Positions 39,601 to 51,577 of a DNA stretch of 64,000 bases are shown here, in pieces. Origin of the DNA: Phoronis australis (Eukaryota > Animalia > Phoronida); NCBI GenBank assembly GCA_002633005.1, contig NMRA01000331.1, forward strand, positions 437,462 to 501,461, read 5' to 3'. The first letter of the stretch is position 1. Each line of letters opens with the position of its first letter. Under the pieces are notes generated by a model. That model searched no databases. It was not told where the DNA came from and was given only the letters and a program-made list of their open reading frames with translations. Both the position numbers and the translations under genes were made by a program.

Positions 39601-42319
39601 TATGACGGACAGCTTAATTGACCAATCAGAACGCAGCATTCTTGGCACACCTTCGTCTGCGTTTCCAAGCCGCCATTTTACCCGACAAACCACACGTAGT
39701 CGAGTAAAACTTACTTTAGTCTATAGCTCAAGAAATTGTTCGCTAAGAATGGGGAAACGGTGTTGATATGGCGTGTATAGCACCGACAGCAGTTATGCTG
39801 TTCCAGAATAATATCCCGTCATTTTTTGGCATGTCCTAAGCCGAAAAATGATGTTGAAAAGCATAAACTATGGATCAAACTGTTCGGCCACACGAGCAGC
39901 TGAACTTAGCGATGTTGCTTGATAACTCGAAGGCTATAATAAACACAAATATATTAGTTCCAAGATACGCACTTTTCAGCTTGGTGGCTATGGCGAAGGG
40001 CTATCTCAGATTTTGACTCCCAAGTTTCCTACATCTGGCCGCCTTTGCTCTGGCGGCACCTGCTGGATCTCAGCACTCTAGCGGTAGTCCCCGGAAATTG
40101 TTGCTTTCAAAGACATTTTTATTTTGTTTTTTTTATTTATTTCAACCTAATGGACATTATTTTTGTTTCGTATCAGAGGTACATTTTTGTTATTCATAAA
40201 CTGTAGGCTGGCGTTCAACTGAACTTCTCTCCCGGTCAAAATTCAGAGATTCGATCGGCACAGGGAAGGGCACTGGATTACTGCCAGAACTCAAAGCCTT
40301 GGTCGAGCTGTTGTCACTAAAAATAAACTGTTGAATTACTTTTTGACGTGTACCTCTAGTATACACTATGTCTGTAGAGTTAGAGAGAGCTCATTTTGAA
40401 ATTGTTCTAACATGTAATTAGATTTATGAAGCTTTAAAAAAGAATTTGAGTTATTTTTTGTAAATACCTATTTTTGCAACTACCACACCAACTTGTAATC
40501 TTTTGTAATCATACCATGACTTAGTGATCATGCTACCTTAAAAATTAAAAGGAAGCTACCTTTATGGAATGAAACAACAAAATATGTCAAGTTCATAAGC
40601 AGGTAGGCCTAATTTATTAAATGTCTTAATGGTGAAACGAACAATTCCATAGGCGGATTTAGGGGGGCTGCCACCCCCCCCTTGGCTGCCGCAAGCAAAA
40701 TGAAACAGCAAGAGCGTGAAATATTGAGTTCAGTAACTAGGACCGGTAGCAGAAGATTGGGGTTCAGACCCCAGATCGCGGCGGAATTGTGTTCCTGTTT
40801 TTTTAGTCCACCGATAGATTTTCTGAATCGAGGTCCAAAGGTCTACATCCCTGGCCCCTGCAACTTTCGGGCCGCCTGTGCACATACAATCGCACTTTGC
40901 CCAATTCCACGAGGCAACATATTGGGCCCCCCCTGTGGCATCCTAGATCCACCACTGAATTCCAGACATTAATTTGACTTAGACACAGGCCCTAGACCTA
41001 CCGGAGCTAACTGTTTGCCTAGGATGAGATGAGTGTGTACCTGAGCTGTGAACCTGAATTTTTTGATCAAAATATTTTGTTACAAGGTTAGAAAAGCGTA
41101 AACAGTGCTATCGAGTCGACCTAGTCAGAGACTATAGTGCATGTGTTGTCTGTAATCTATGACCTACTTTACTCCAGGAGTCCCACCAGTTGTGACCAAC
41201 TTTTCATTTGGTGAAATTTAGCTGATTTTATTCGAAAGATAATTTGACTTTCAGGTACATACCCAGCTTTACATGAACATATCGTATCAGTGGCCTTGTC
41301 ATTTGTCAGGTGAAGGTGGCCCCGAGGCCGAGGGGCTCTTCGGATTTTTGCTGGCTTCTCGAGCACTTATTTTTTCATCGTCACCTTTACAAATTCCCGT
41401 ATCATGAACGTACGATTCTCTGTTGAAAAGCATCGCCTCTTGTCTCTGTCAAAGCATTTTCAAATAGTGCAAAAACACTCATCGCTTCCACCAGGAACGT
41501 CATTTAGCGACAGTGTATTTGCCTCTGACATCTCGTTCGATTGTCGGATATCACGTGACTTTTTGCACAGGGGCGGAGCTTGCGATAGGTCAATTGTCAT
41601 CGAGGACTCATCCATCCGGGGTCTGTGTAGATCAGTGACGTCAATACACCGGTACTGAGCAAACTGCACCATCAAACTGTCTAAAAAGACACCGTAAGAG
41701 ATGAAGATTGGAAAGCGCTCCAAGAAGCACCTCAGTAACGAAGAGTACACTGTAATCTGCTGTCTTACAGCTGCCACCACAACGTGACTTTCAGTACTTT
41801 GTCGTCCAGTGGCAGCTTTGCAAACAGAGTCCATTATGTCGAAATAAAATAAAGTTTAATGTTCTTGTAAAACTCCAAAACAAAACTGTCCATCAAATCG
41901 AATGCAAATACCACAATACACATAAACATCTCCTTTTTTGACGGCTCAAAACATGGCCAAATCTGCTTGTATTCATAGCGGTAACGCTGTCCAACGCTAG
42001 CTTATTTAGCAACCCACGTAGACTCCGTAAAACTCTTTTTTACTCATAACTTCAAAACACATCTTCCTTCATGATCAAAAATATCCATGCAAACAATGAA
42101 TTACGATCCCCGTTAAATCGAAATGCTTGCGTTTTGATTGGTCCATTCACTGACGGAGAATATAGGATTTTCACAAGTGATGTCGATAAAGCTCACGTGG
42201 GAATAAACTAGGAGAAAATCAACTACAAGTGCCTTTATTGGCTTTTCAATGACCGGAGTTTACCAAATGGCAACTGTTAGAGCGGGAGCTGTAAAAAAGA
42301 AACTAAGCCGTCCGTAATA
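39601..42319. mobile_element. ISL2EU/Harbinger-type transposon relic with convergent THAP-like and SAP/SWIM ORF remnants
   Basis: Imperfect TIR TATGACGGACAGCTTA / TAAGCCGTCCGTAATA; plus-strand MGKRC*YG..TDS.Y..PKPKND.EK..LWIKL..PHEQLN..KHKYI (39749-39965); minus-strand HLHLTNDKATDTICSCKAG|GTATGT (~41263-41800). Confidence 0.6.
40648..40957. mobile_element. G-rich MITE with a 5-bp TSD
   Basis: CATAGGCGGATTTAGG / CCTAGATCCACCACTG ends, AATTC on both flanks; a related copy lies at ~59365-59682. Confidence 0.7.
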
Positions 42320-42369
42320 CCATAATAAATGTACAAATTCAGTAATAACTACGGTCAATCCATAAGGGT

Positions 42370-42900
42370 AACAGGTCTGTATACATGGAGTTCTTCATTT
42401 TTGGGTGCTGTAAATGTTTCTTTAGAGTTTCATCATAGGTACTCAACAGTTTCAGAAGGGCAAGAAAATTTCCTAGATTAATTATCTTCTGCTAAACTTT
42501 CAACATCTCTTCTCGGTTCAATACACTGGCAACTGCAATAAAGAATCGCTTTAGCTATTGCATGGAGATTGTGCTTCATTTCCTTTATTTGTGCTTTTCT
42601 ATTACTGTCTAAGACAGCGTCAATACCTTTCTGCACATTTTCCATCACGTTTAAAAATGTATCAGGATCATCGAATGCCTCCATGTGATATCTTTTCTTG
42701 AAGTGCTCAGACAGTATATTCGTTTTATGAAGGTGTTGCATAAATGGCCTGCTCGCTAATTTTGTTTGCCGTCTTTTTACACCACTTTTCGAAAATAAAC
42801 CACAAGAAACGCAGAATGCACCATCAATTTTTGAGCTATGCATCAATGAAACTAAATCGTTAATTGGGCTACAATAAGGGGATTCACAGACTGAGAAAAT
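42370..42900 (-). pseudogene. hAT transposase fragment (ZnF_TTF + DUF4371; ZMYM1/THAP12-like)
   Basis: SSKIDGAFCVSCGLF..PF...H...YH..IAKAILYCSCQCI..R...NLGNFLALLKLL..YD..LKKHL..PKMKNSMY; cut at its upstream end by HIRAN-element copy 4. Confidence 0.85.
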
Positions 42901-42926
42901 GGAGTCATAAAGATGAATATAAGTTA

Positions 42927-44391
42927 CCATATATTATAAGCGCCCTGGGTGCTTGGAGAAATTCGTTTCAGGGGAGAGAGTGCTTATTATAGCCTAAGGC
43001 GATAGAAACAAGGTCTCCCAAACCAGTGGAATCGGAAGCTAGGATTCATCAATTTATGCTCTGTGACGAGCAGTTCTGTAACCTACGATGGGCTTTCTAC
43101 AAAATTATGGTGCTTTATCAAACTTCATTGTTAAATTACAATCATTTTTCAGAAAATTGTGCTGAAATTCCAGGGCAAAAACTCGTCGACTAATGCGTCG
43201 CTGCCTTGCGATCGTCGATAGGGCAACTTGAATTCTTGAATAAAAAAAGTTTTGACTCAAATTACGTACCTGAAATCCTCCTTAAGATTTCCAAATAGCA
43301 GTCCAAAGATTTTTGAGTTCCTGTGGAGTCAGGATTAACCACAAGTTAAGTCCAAATCTGCACTAGATCGTACTTCGCAACACGAGAAAAATCTGTGGGT
43401 GAACACAGATGTTGTGTCATGTGACGTTTGGTTTGAAGTTCATCTGCCTGTGTACGAGTGAGCGAGCGCATGCTTATCATCAGAGTTTATTTGCCAGTCG
43501 AGAGTCAACGCAATGCAACCATCTCAACTAAAGAAATTAACAAAAGCAGTAAAGCAGAACGTGTTTTATTTAGCACTTGCAAGTATCATCTGGTAAAAGA
43601 CCTTTGAGAATTGTCTCAGTAAGACTGATATTAAGTGTCACTGAGTGGCCGGATGACTGGATGCGTTACAGTTATTTTCTGGAAGATTAGGGTGTAAGGG
43701 TAATTACGCAAATGTTCACTATCAGTAGGTCATTTTATCAGATATTTGACTTTAAAAACACCAATTACGATTAATTAAATAATTCCTCTAAAAAATGCAA
43801 AAGTTTTTTACGGTATTAGAAACTTTCGGAAATTAGTGCCAATATTTATTTCTTGCCGATGCTATGCTACCCCTTTCATGGGTAGTTCCTGAAGACTAAT
43901 GCTTGCGATGACAGGTATGTAGCACGTGCTTCCTGGACTCGTGCTTTTAACACTGGTTGATTGGCAGTTTTCATATGTAGGCCTACAAAAAATTGAGTTC
44001 CTGTTGAGGGAGATGTGGAATCTGTATAGGAAAGATACAATCCCAATGATAAGTATGCTGTGTCGGTTCTGAAAGGCCAGACCATAGTAGGACACGTTCC
44101 TCGCAATATCAATAAAACTTTTGCATTCTTTATGAAGAACAGCGGCAGTTTGAAGTGTATAGTTACGGTTAAATACCGACATAGCGGCGAGGCTGGTGAT
44201 CTAGAAATTCTGGGGCAATTACTTTTTTCAGGACTGCTGGATTTTATTGATAAACTGAAGACGTTACTATAGAATTTTATAACTGTATGTAATGCATTTT
44301 TCGTTGATAGGATGGGCGCTTATTTCAGCGAAGTCTGAAAACGCGTGGGGAGCACTTATACAGGCATGGGCGCTCATTAGGGTGAATACGG
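42927..44391 (+). mobile_element. HIRAN-element family copy 4 (near full length)
   Basis: TA-CCATAT..ATAAGCGCCC left end, GGGCGCTCATTAGGGTGAATACGG-TA right end; ORF remnant YNPNDKYAVSVLKGQTIVGHVPRNINKTFAFFMKNSGSLKCIVTVKYRHSGEAGDLEI..FSG..DFIDKLKTLL. Confidence 0.9.
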
Positions 44392-47041
44392 TACTTGTAA
44401 GGTAGCTTTAAAACAATGAATTTCTGTAAGGATGCTTTGAAAAAACATAGTACTTTCAAAACTAGGGACAAACACCAGTCCTCTGGAACAGTAAATGCCA
44501 AGACCCCTACCAAACCTTTACACTGGTGTTTACAAAACTATAGAATCAGAAAATCATATAGTCAACAACACAACATTGGTAACAAGAGGTTTGTATGGGA
44601 ATGGATAAACCAGTTGTTTAGTTCAGCCACTAGACCAGGAAATCAATAGACTGTGCTTACTAAGTCTGAAACCCTGACTGCTTGTCTGCCTTGATCTATA
44701 AAGACTGATTCATGACAACATTGAAAGGTGACCCAGATGTAGGTTGATAACGTTCATTATCATAATCCATTAGTTTCAAAAGACATGCTCAAAACCTAGC
44801 TTTTTGAATGCCTTGTTTCTTGTTTGTTTTGCAGTGAAGTAATATGTTTTCTTAGCAGCAATGTTTTAACACTAAATACTTATATATCCAAGGATAGATA
44901 GATGATGAATGTTAATGATTTTACCTGAAAACTTTAATGGCAGGGGGCCATTGAGTAGTTCTGCAAAATCCTAACGGTAAATTTAAATGTTTGCCCACGG
45001 TCAAAAATACATTTCAAATTTGGGAAATAGGCAATATCAGCCTTTAAAAAATTCAAGAATTCAATTAATGACAAATAATCGTTTACTATAATACCGGGAC
45101 ACATAAAAGTGATGGCGGCTATTTTCTACAAATTTATTGACTGTCACTGAGATCCCATTATGAACACAAAACGCAGTGCACGATATTTGAGAAATATGAT
45201 GAATGCAAAAATCGCCAATCTTCAGAATCAAGAAAATTCAATTTCCACTTGAATTCCGGTGTCCTAAATTTTATAGTGTGTCCCAAACTGAAGAACTTTA
45301 ACGATAATTAATGAGACTGTGTTCTTTAGTAGCACAATTCCAACTGCAATGAGCACTAGTATCTTTGCAAAATGATAATCACAGAGGGTCAAAATATAAG
45401 ATGAATTAAATTTGAATGTGGTACTCAAGTTTTAAAGTTCTTATCTCATAGGGTTAATCAAGTTCAAAAACATGAAAATATACACCAAACTATGTAATAT
45501 GAAACACGGTGTAATGTTTACCTCTTTTCTCAAACTAAAAGCCTTTTTAAGCACAATTTTGTACCAAAGCCAAAATTAAAAAATCATTGACTATTCCCGT
45601 CTATTTCGTTGACCTTAGTTCCATTTACATCAGTTAAGGAACGATTTCTGAATGACAGCCATGCTGTACTTGAAAACATATTGATATGATCGTGAGCGAT
45701 AGTATGTATTATACAAATTTGATCATGTATTGTTCAAATTTAATCTGTTCCTTTCATATGATGAGTGGTATTTAATGCTATCATAAGTTTAAGTTGTGAA
45801 TATGTCGCAACTCAAGTCATGTAGCCAACACTACAGAGGTCAGCCCTGACTCATCGCGCAGCAACTGCAATGCGGACAGCACATTTTGTAACTTGGCTTG
45901 GCACCGACTGGCCATAAAAAATGGAAAGAAAAGCGGAAAGAAAAAACATTCACACACTTCAATGTTTCAACAAACAAAAACATTTTTATCTCAAAACAGT
46001 GCGCTGCTTACCTGAGTTGCCAGAACGCACACCTGTGCTTGATTTTTGCTGCCCTGACACGACAACTGGCGAAGTTTCCCCGGCAGTTGCCCGACATGTC
46101 ACTTTGCCGAAAAATAATCACATGCTAATTAATTTTCAATTATTAGACAAAACTCATTTTAAAGCGTGACAAGAATTTGCAATCGTTAGCCTCGTGACCG
46201 AAAACGCAAACGGGTAGGGGAATGGAGCGAACTATAAGCTGAATGTCGGTGATGGAAAAATTTAGTAGTGACAGGAGCACCATGCAGTAATTCTTGGTCA
46301 CACGAATTTCATCTATTCAAAGCCAGCTAATTAAGGGGTTCATCCTGTGCCATGGAGCAGTGATGTCCACGCCCAGTCGGCTGAGCTACCTAGTAGCTTA
46401 TACGAATGAGTCAGGCTGAATGAATATTCTTCTTTTGATTTTAAACTCATTAATGCTTATACTATTTGGCAACATACCAAGCTTTCTTTGTGAAGTTATT
46501 TCACCACCAGTTGGCATTCTATAAGAAATAGGCTGTCACTCATTGTTAGCCGTCGGCTGCCCTAACAAAATCGCCAGAGCCCACCGTTGTCTTAGCTTTG
46601 CCCTGTCTTAAATTTATTTTCAATATTTGCGCAAGTAGTCAGAATATTCTGACTTACTTTACAGCAATCTTGCTTAACTTTTGTGATGTTCCATGTTCGT
46701 TGTTATGTTTATGCTGTTTACCAGAGTTTACTTACTCCCTTTAAAATTGGCTTAGGCCAGTCGAATAGACAGCATTGTTATTCAATCATTCCTCAATGAA
46801 TCTCACTTCTGACTTAGTGACTAATCTAAAATAGTGGAGTATCACTCGGCTCCTTTCGTGACAAGTGGGGATTTTTTATGAATTTTTTGCCTTTGCATTT
46901 TCATTAGCCTGTAGATACTGGAGGCTGATAAGGGTTAAAAACATGTGCTACTAGGTCTTTAAGCGTGGTGCTTGAAATCTGAATGTCCACCCCAACGATC
47001 TACAATCAAAAATGCTAGAGACTAGTGCTTCTTTGTCCCAT

Positions 47042-48425
47042 AGGCCCTTTTATACAAACGTCAACACGTCAATGTTTTGGGGAGTTGTGGTCAGTATAAA
47101 CGTTTAACTTCAGTCCTGGATCGAAGTTAACAGCACCAGTTAACTTGCAGTAAATAGGTGGATTTAATAGCAAAGCGTCGATGCTGCAGTGTGCTATTAA
47201 CGATCAACTTCGGTATCATCTAAATTATCGCCAGGGGCCACTGCTATTGTCAACAATTAAAGGGCAGTTTTGTCGCTAATACTTGCTTTTATACCACAAT
47301 ATTAGCGCTGAATGGCAAATACAACCGTGTAATAACCCATTTAGTTATCTCATTAGTGAGATAACATTTTGGCGGGAAACCGAGGCCCGTTTCGAACCGG
47401 GGCCTCAAGAGTTTCGAGTCGCTGATTTTACCACTACACAACTCAGCGGCTGACGTCATCAAACATGAACATAGAATACTCAAATGAGCACGCACAACAA
47501 TCGCATGCTCAACAAAGGGCATTGTACCGACATTTATACACTATGAAAAATAAGTTGCATAATTTCCATAAAAACGATATTTTAATTCAGTGAAATTTTT
47601 CTCTTGTTTTCTCTCACTTGTAAATCCCCGATTTCCAATATGAATGCGGGTATCGTGTCGTCGGGATCCTTTGACTTGAGCATTATACTCAGTTACTAGT
47701 GGTAACCTAATTTAGCGGACGATATTTTCCAGGTCGAACCTTAGCGTGATACCATGTGTAGTAAGCTATAATAGTTGCTAAACCTTAATTTATAGATTCA
47801 CTTTATTTCTATTTTATTCAAATTTTCAATTGGTTTCGAGTAATAGCATTATTTGACAAAAATAGCTCGGCTTTTCTTAAAAGGTCACGACCTCCGACCG
47901 CGGGCCTCCGACATAGAAAGTAGTTATAAAGCCGAGGCAAGTCGAGAAAGGTAGATCGATTCATTGCAATGTTTCTCATTCAGTATGTGGCCTTAATAGA
48001 TTATTACACACTCTCAGTCGTTATCCCCGGTTATCTAGAGCCCTCGTGGATTTTGTAGAATTATCACCCTCGGGGCTAATGCCCCTCAGGCGATAATTCC
48101 CCAAAATCCACTCGGGCTCTAGATAGGGGGAGATCACGACTTCGCCATGTAATAATCACTGTATATTTTGCTTGAATAATCACCAATCAAATTTGAAATA
48201 AGTTTTATGTCAATTACCACATGTAGATGTTCTCAAATTGTCACATTAAACACAATGTTAACGCATGCGATGCGTCAGCACTACTTTGCGATCGCTTCGA
48301 TGATGACAACATCACCTACTGTTTACTCTGATGCCGTTAACTACCGAAGCTGGTAGGAAAGAAAAACTTAGCATTTTACGTGGACATTCCGCTCATAAAG
48401 GAGTTAAGTTAGTATGAAAGAGCCT
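47042..48425. mobile_element. PIF/Harbinger-like MITE copy 2 (inverted), interrupted by the Crypton-like element
   Basis: AGGCCCTTTTATAC ... GTATGAAAGAGCCT ends; both halves are colinear with the reverse complement of 10526-11026. Confidence 0.75.
47289..48155. mobile_element. Crypton-like non-autonomous repeat copy 2, with tRNA-like unit (47379-47447, minus) and terminal 155-bp hairpin (48001-48155)
   Basis: Colinear with 28825-29601; foldback TTATTACA..CTAGAGCCC..GTGGATTTTG..AATTATC / GATAATT..CAAAATCCAC..GGGCTCTAG..TGTAATAA. Confidence 0.65.
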
Positions 48426-48439
48426 TATGTCTATAGCCA

Positions 48440-49930
48440 GCAATCGCCCAGGGCGATTAGAAAAGTTTGTTTCAGGGGGGCGCTCATTATAACCCAAGGC
48501 CGTTGAAACCCGGACTCCGAAACGGGTGAAATCGGAAGCTAAGATTCATCATATTTACGCACTGTGACATATCTGTAATCTATGAAAGACTTTCTACAAA
48601 ACCGTGGTGCACTGCTATCAACCTTTGCTGCTAAATTACAGTCATTTTACAGAAAATCGTGCTGAATCCCATGGCGAAAACTCGCCGACTGACTGACTCG
48701 CAATCGTCGACATGGCAACTTGAATGCTTGAATAAAAATTCAGTTTCAACTCAAGCAAATTACCTGAAATCCTCCTTAAGTTTTCCAAGTATCGTCCCTA
48801 AGATTTTTTAAGTTCCCCTGGAGTCGGGATCAAGACAGGTTTAAGTACAAATCTGTGCTACATCGTGCCATCTACATGTATGATCGGCAACATGAGAAAA
48901 ATGTCTGGACGAACACAGTCATGTTGTTGTCATGTGACGTTTGTTTTGAAGTGGTCTGCGTTTGTGAGTAAGCAAGCGCGTGCATGTCACCAGAGTTCAT
49001 TTGCCAGAGCAGAGACCATCTTTTGGCCAGAGCCACGCAATCTAACGAGCTTTGAGATGTGCATTGTATCTAAAGAAATTTGCACAAGCAGTAAGCCTAA
49101 ACCAGAGCCTGTTTCATACAGCACTTCCCGGTCTCATGTGCTAAAAACGTTCGACATTTGTCTCGGTAAGGCCCATATTAGTCGCCGTGTGGCTGGATGC
49201 GTACGTAACTATCTGACAGTTATTTTTCGGTGTAAGGGTGTGTAAGAATTCACTGTCAATGGTCATTTTATCGGATATTTGGCTTAAAAACACCAATTAT
49301 GGTTAATCAAACAATTCATCTTAAAAATAAGACAAACATTTTTTATAGTATTAGAAACTGTCGAAAATTAGTGCCAATATTCATTTCTTGCTGATGCTAC
49401 CCGTTTCATCAATGGATAGTTCCCGACGAATGTCTTTGATGACAGGTTCATTTATGTAGCGCGTGCTTCCTGGCCACGTGCTTTTAACACTGGCCAAGCT
49501 TTTTATTAGTCTTGGATTCGCTGTTTTCACGTGTACAAGAAATTTGATTCCTGTTGAAAGCGGGAAATGTCTAAAAAGCAATCCCGTAAACAAGTACACT
49601 ACTTCTGTTCTGAAAGGCCACACCATTGGTCCTGGCAAGATCAGCAGAACTTTTGTGTTCGTTTTGAGGCATGGCGGACGTTTGAAGTGCATAGTCACAG
49701 CTAAATACCGACATAGCGGCGAGGCTCGTGGTCTACAAATTCTGCGCACAATTTTTTCAGGACTGTGGGATATTATTGATAAATTGAAGACGTTACTGTA
49801 GAATTTAAGGACTGTAGGTAAGGCATTTTTCGCACGTACACGTTCATGGACTGGGCACTTATTTTAGCAAAGTCTGAAAACGCGTGGGGGGCTCTTATAG
49901 GGGCATGAGCGGTTATTACAGCGAATACGG
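48440..49930 (+). mobile_element. HIRAN-element family copy 5
   Basis: Right end GCGAATACGG-TA; ORF remnant 49463-49801 ..IPVESGKCLKSNPVNKY..VLKGHTIG..LRHGGRLKCIVTAKYRHSGEARGLQI..IDKLKTLL. Confidence 0.9.
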
Positions 49931-50172
49931 TACCTCCATTTGTTGACAAAAGGTTACAGCCATTGCATAACAAGCACAAAAAGTTCACAGGCACTACCTA
50001 AGTACTAATATTAACACAGACAATTGACTGGTTTATAAGTACATAACTTTAATTCCAATGAATCTACATATATATCTAAAAGTAAAGACTTCGAACAAAA
50101 CAATTTCATTACAATATAGAAGCTACTTAAGAATATGGACACTAGTGAATTATAAATCACTTCATTCCATTA

Positions 50173-50608
50173 CAAGGTACCTAAACTACACGGTCAACGG
50201 GCACGGACGCATGAACATGACTCTAGGACCTGCAAACACCACCCACTGACTCACAAACACGGGAACGGACTCATAAAACACAACCCACGCACCCAAATAC
50301 ACGAGACACGGACTCACATTCACGAGGAAACACGGTTAATGGACTGCCAAACACGGTTTACGGACAAAATGAAGATGTCAGCTGACTCAGGAAGCCGATG
50401 AGTTCGTGACCCATGTTTAGTGGTACGTTAACCGTGTTTCCTTATGAATATGAGTCCATGTCTCATGTATTTGGGTGCGTGGATCGAGTTTTGTGAGTCC
50501 ATTCCTGTGTTTGTGAGTCAGTGGACGGTGTTTGCAGGTCCGTGAGTTGTGTTCATGCGTCCGTGCCCGTATTTATGAGTCCATTGACCGTGTAGTTTAG
50601 GTACCTTG
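50173..50608. mobile_element. Foldback MITE with ~180-bp inverted repeats
   Basis: CAAGGTACCTAAACTACACGGTCAA ... TTGACCGTGTAGTTTAGGTACCTTG; flanks TA / CA. Confidence 0.85.
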
Positions 50609-51577
50609 CAGTAGAACATAAGTTAGTAATAAATCTGTTATTAAATTAGAACAAATCTTCAGGTCCTGATGCAGTGGAGATGCCCCACTGCTACTGTGAC
50701 TTGATGACTGAGTGGTTCACCCTGATTTAAGATTTCTCACATACTAATTCATCTGGATGAATGATAATGTTCATCAACCACACCTAAATTATTTCACTGT
50801 CTGACAACATTCATCACTGAATGATGATTCAATTACTGTAAACAAAAATTAAGTAGGTGCATGTCAGTAATGCGAATGCACAATTTGTTGGTTCTAAAAA
50901 TGCCTTCACAGTGTTCTCCACAGCCTGTTTTTTGACTGGCCACTGCGATGACTTTGAATTATGTCTTAACAAGTTTGGCTTATTTGCATCAAGTTTGGGA
51001 GTACTGGAAGATTAATCATTTCTCAATCAAATTATTGCATTTCAGATTTTTGGTGCAAGTTCAATACATTTATTCAAGCACTAACTCACCACAGTATGGA
51101 CATGCACTTGTCGAATTTGTATTTTCTGTTGAGGAACACACAGCCTTGTTCCACAGAATTGTAGCAATTGTCACGTTAAGTCAATTCTTAAGCCAGGAAT
51201 CAAACCTGGACCAGCCAAATAACTGAATAAAGCAGGTTTCCAATCAGAAAGCACGGGCACCTCCCTAAGGTGAGTGAGGGCCCGTATCAACATCAATTGA
51301 CAGTTGCCAAAAACCATGTTTCCATCAATGAGCAAATGCATCTCCTATATCTATAGATGATACAAGCCTGAACCCCAAAGGATTTTCTGCAAATTACGCT
51401 TAATACAGCACAAACTATCGAAGTTACGTTACTATATGTACTTTTCAAGTGTAGATGGATACTTTTAAAGGCAGCTGAAGTTTTTAAATTCTTCAAAGTC
51501 AAACTAATAGTCCAACAATAATCATTTTTATCAAATAGAGTTTCAACAGCAAAACTGAAGACTGATCACCATTGCAG

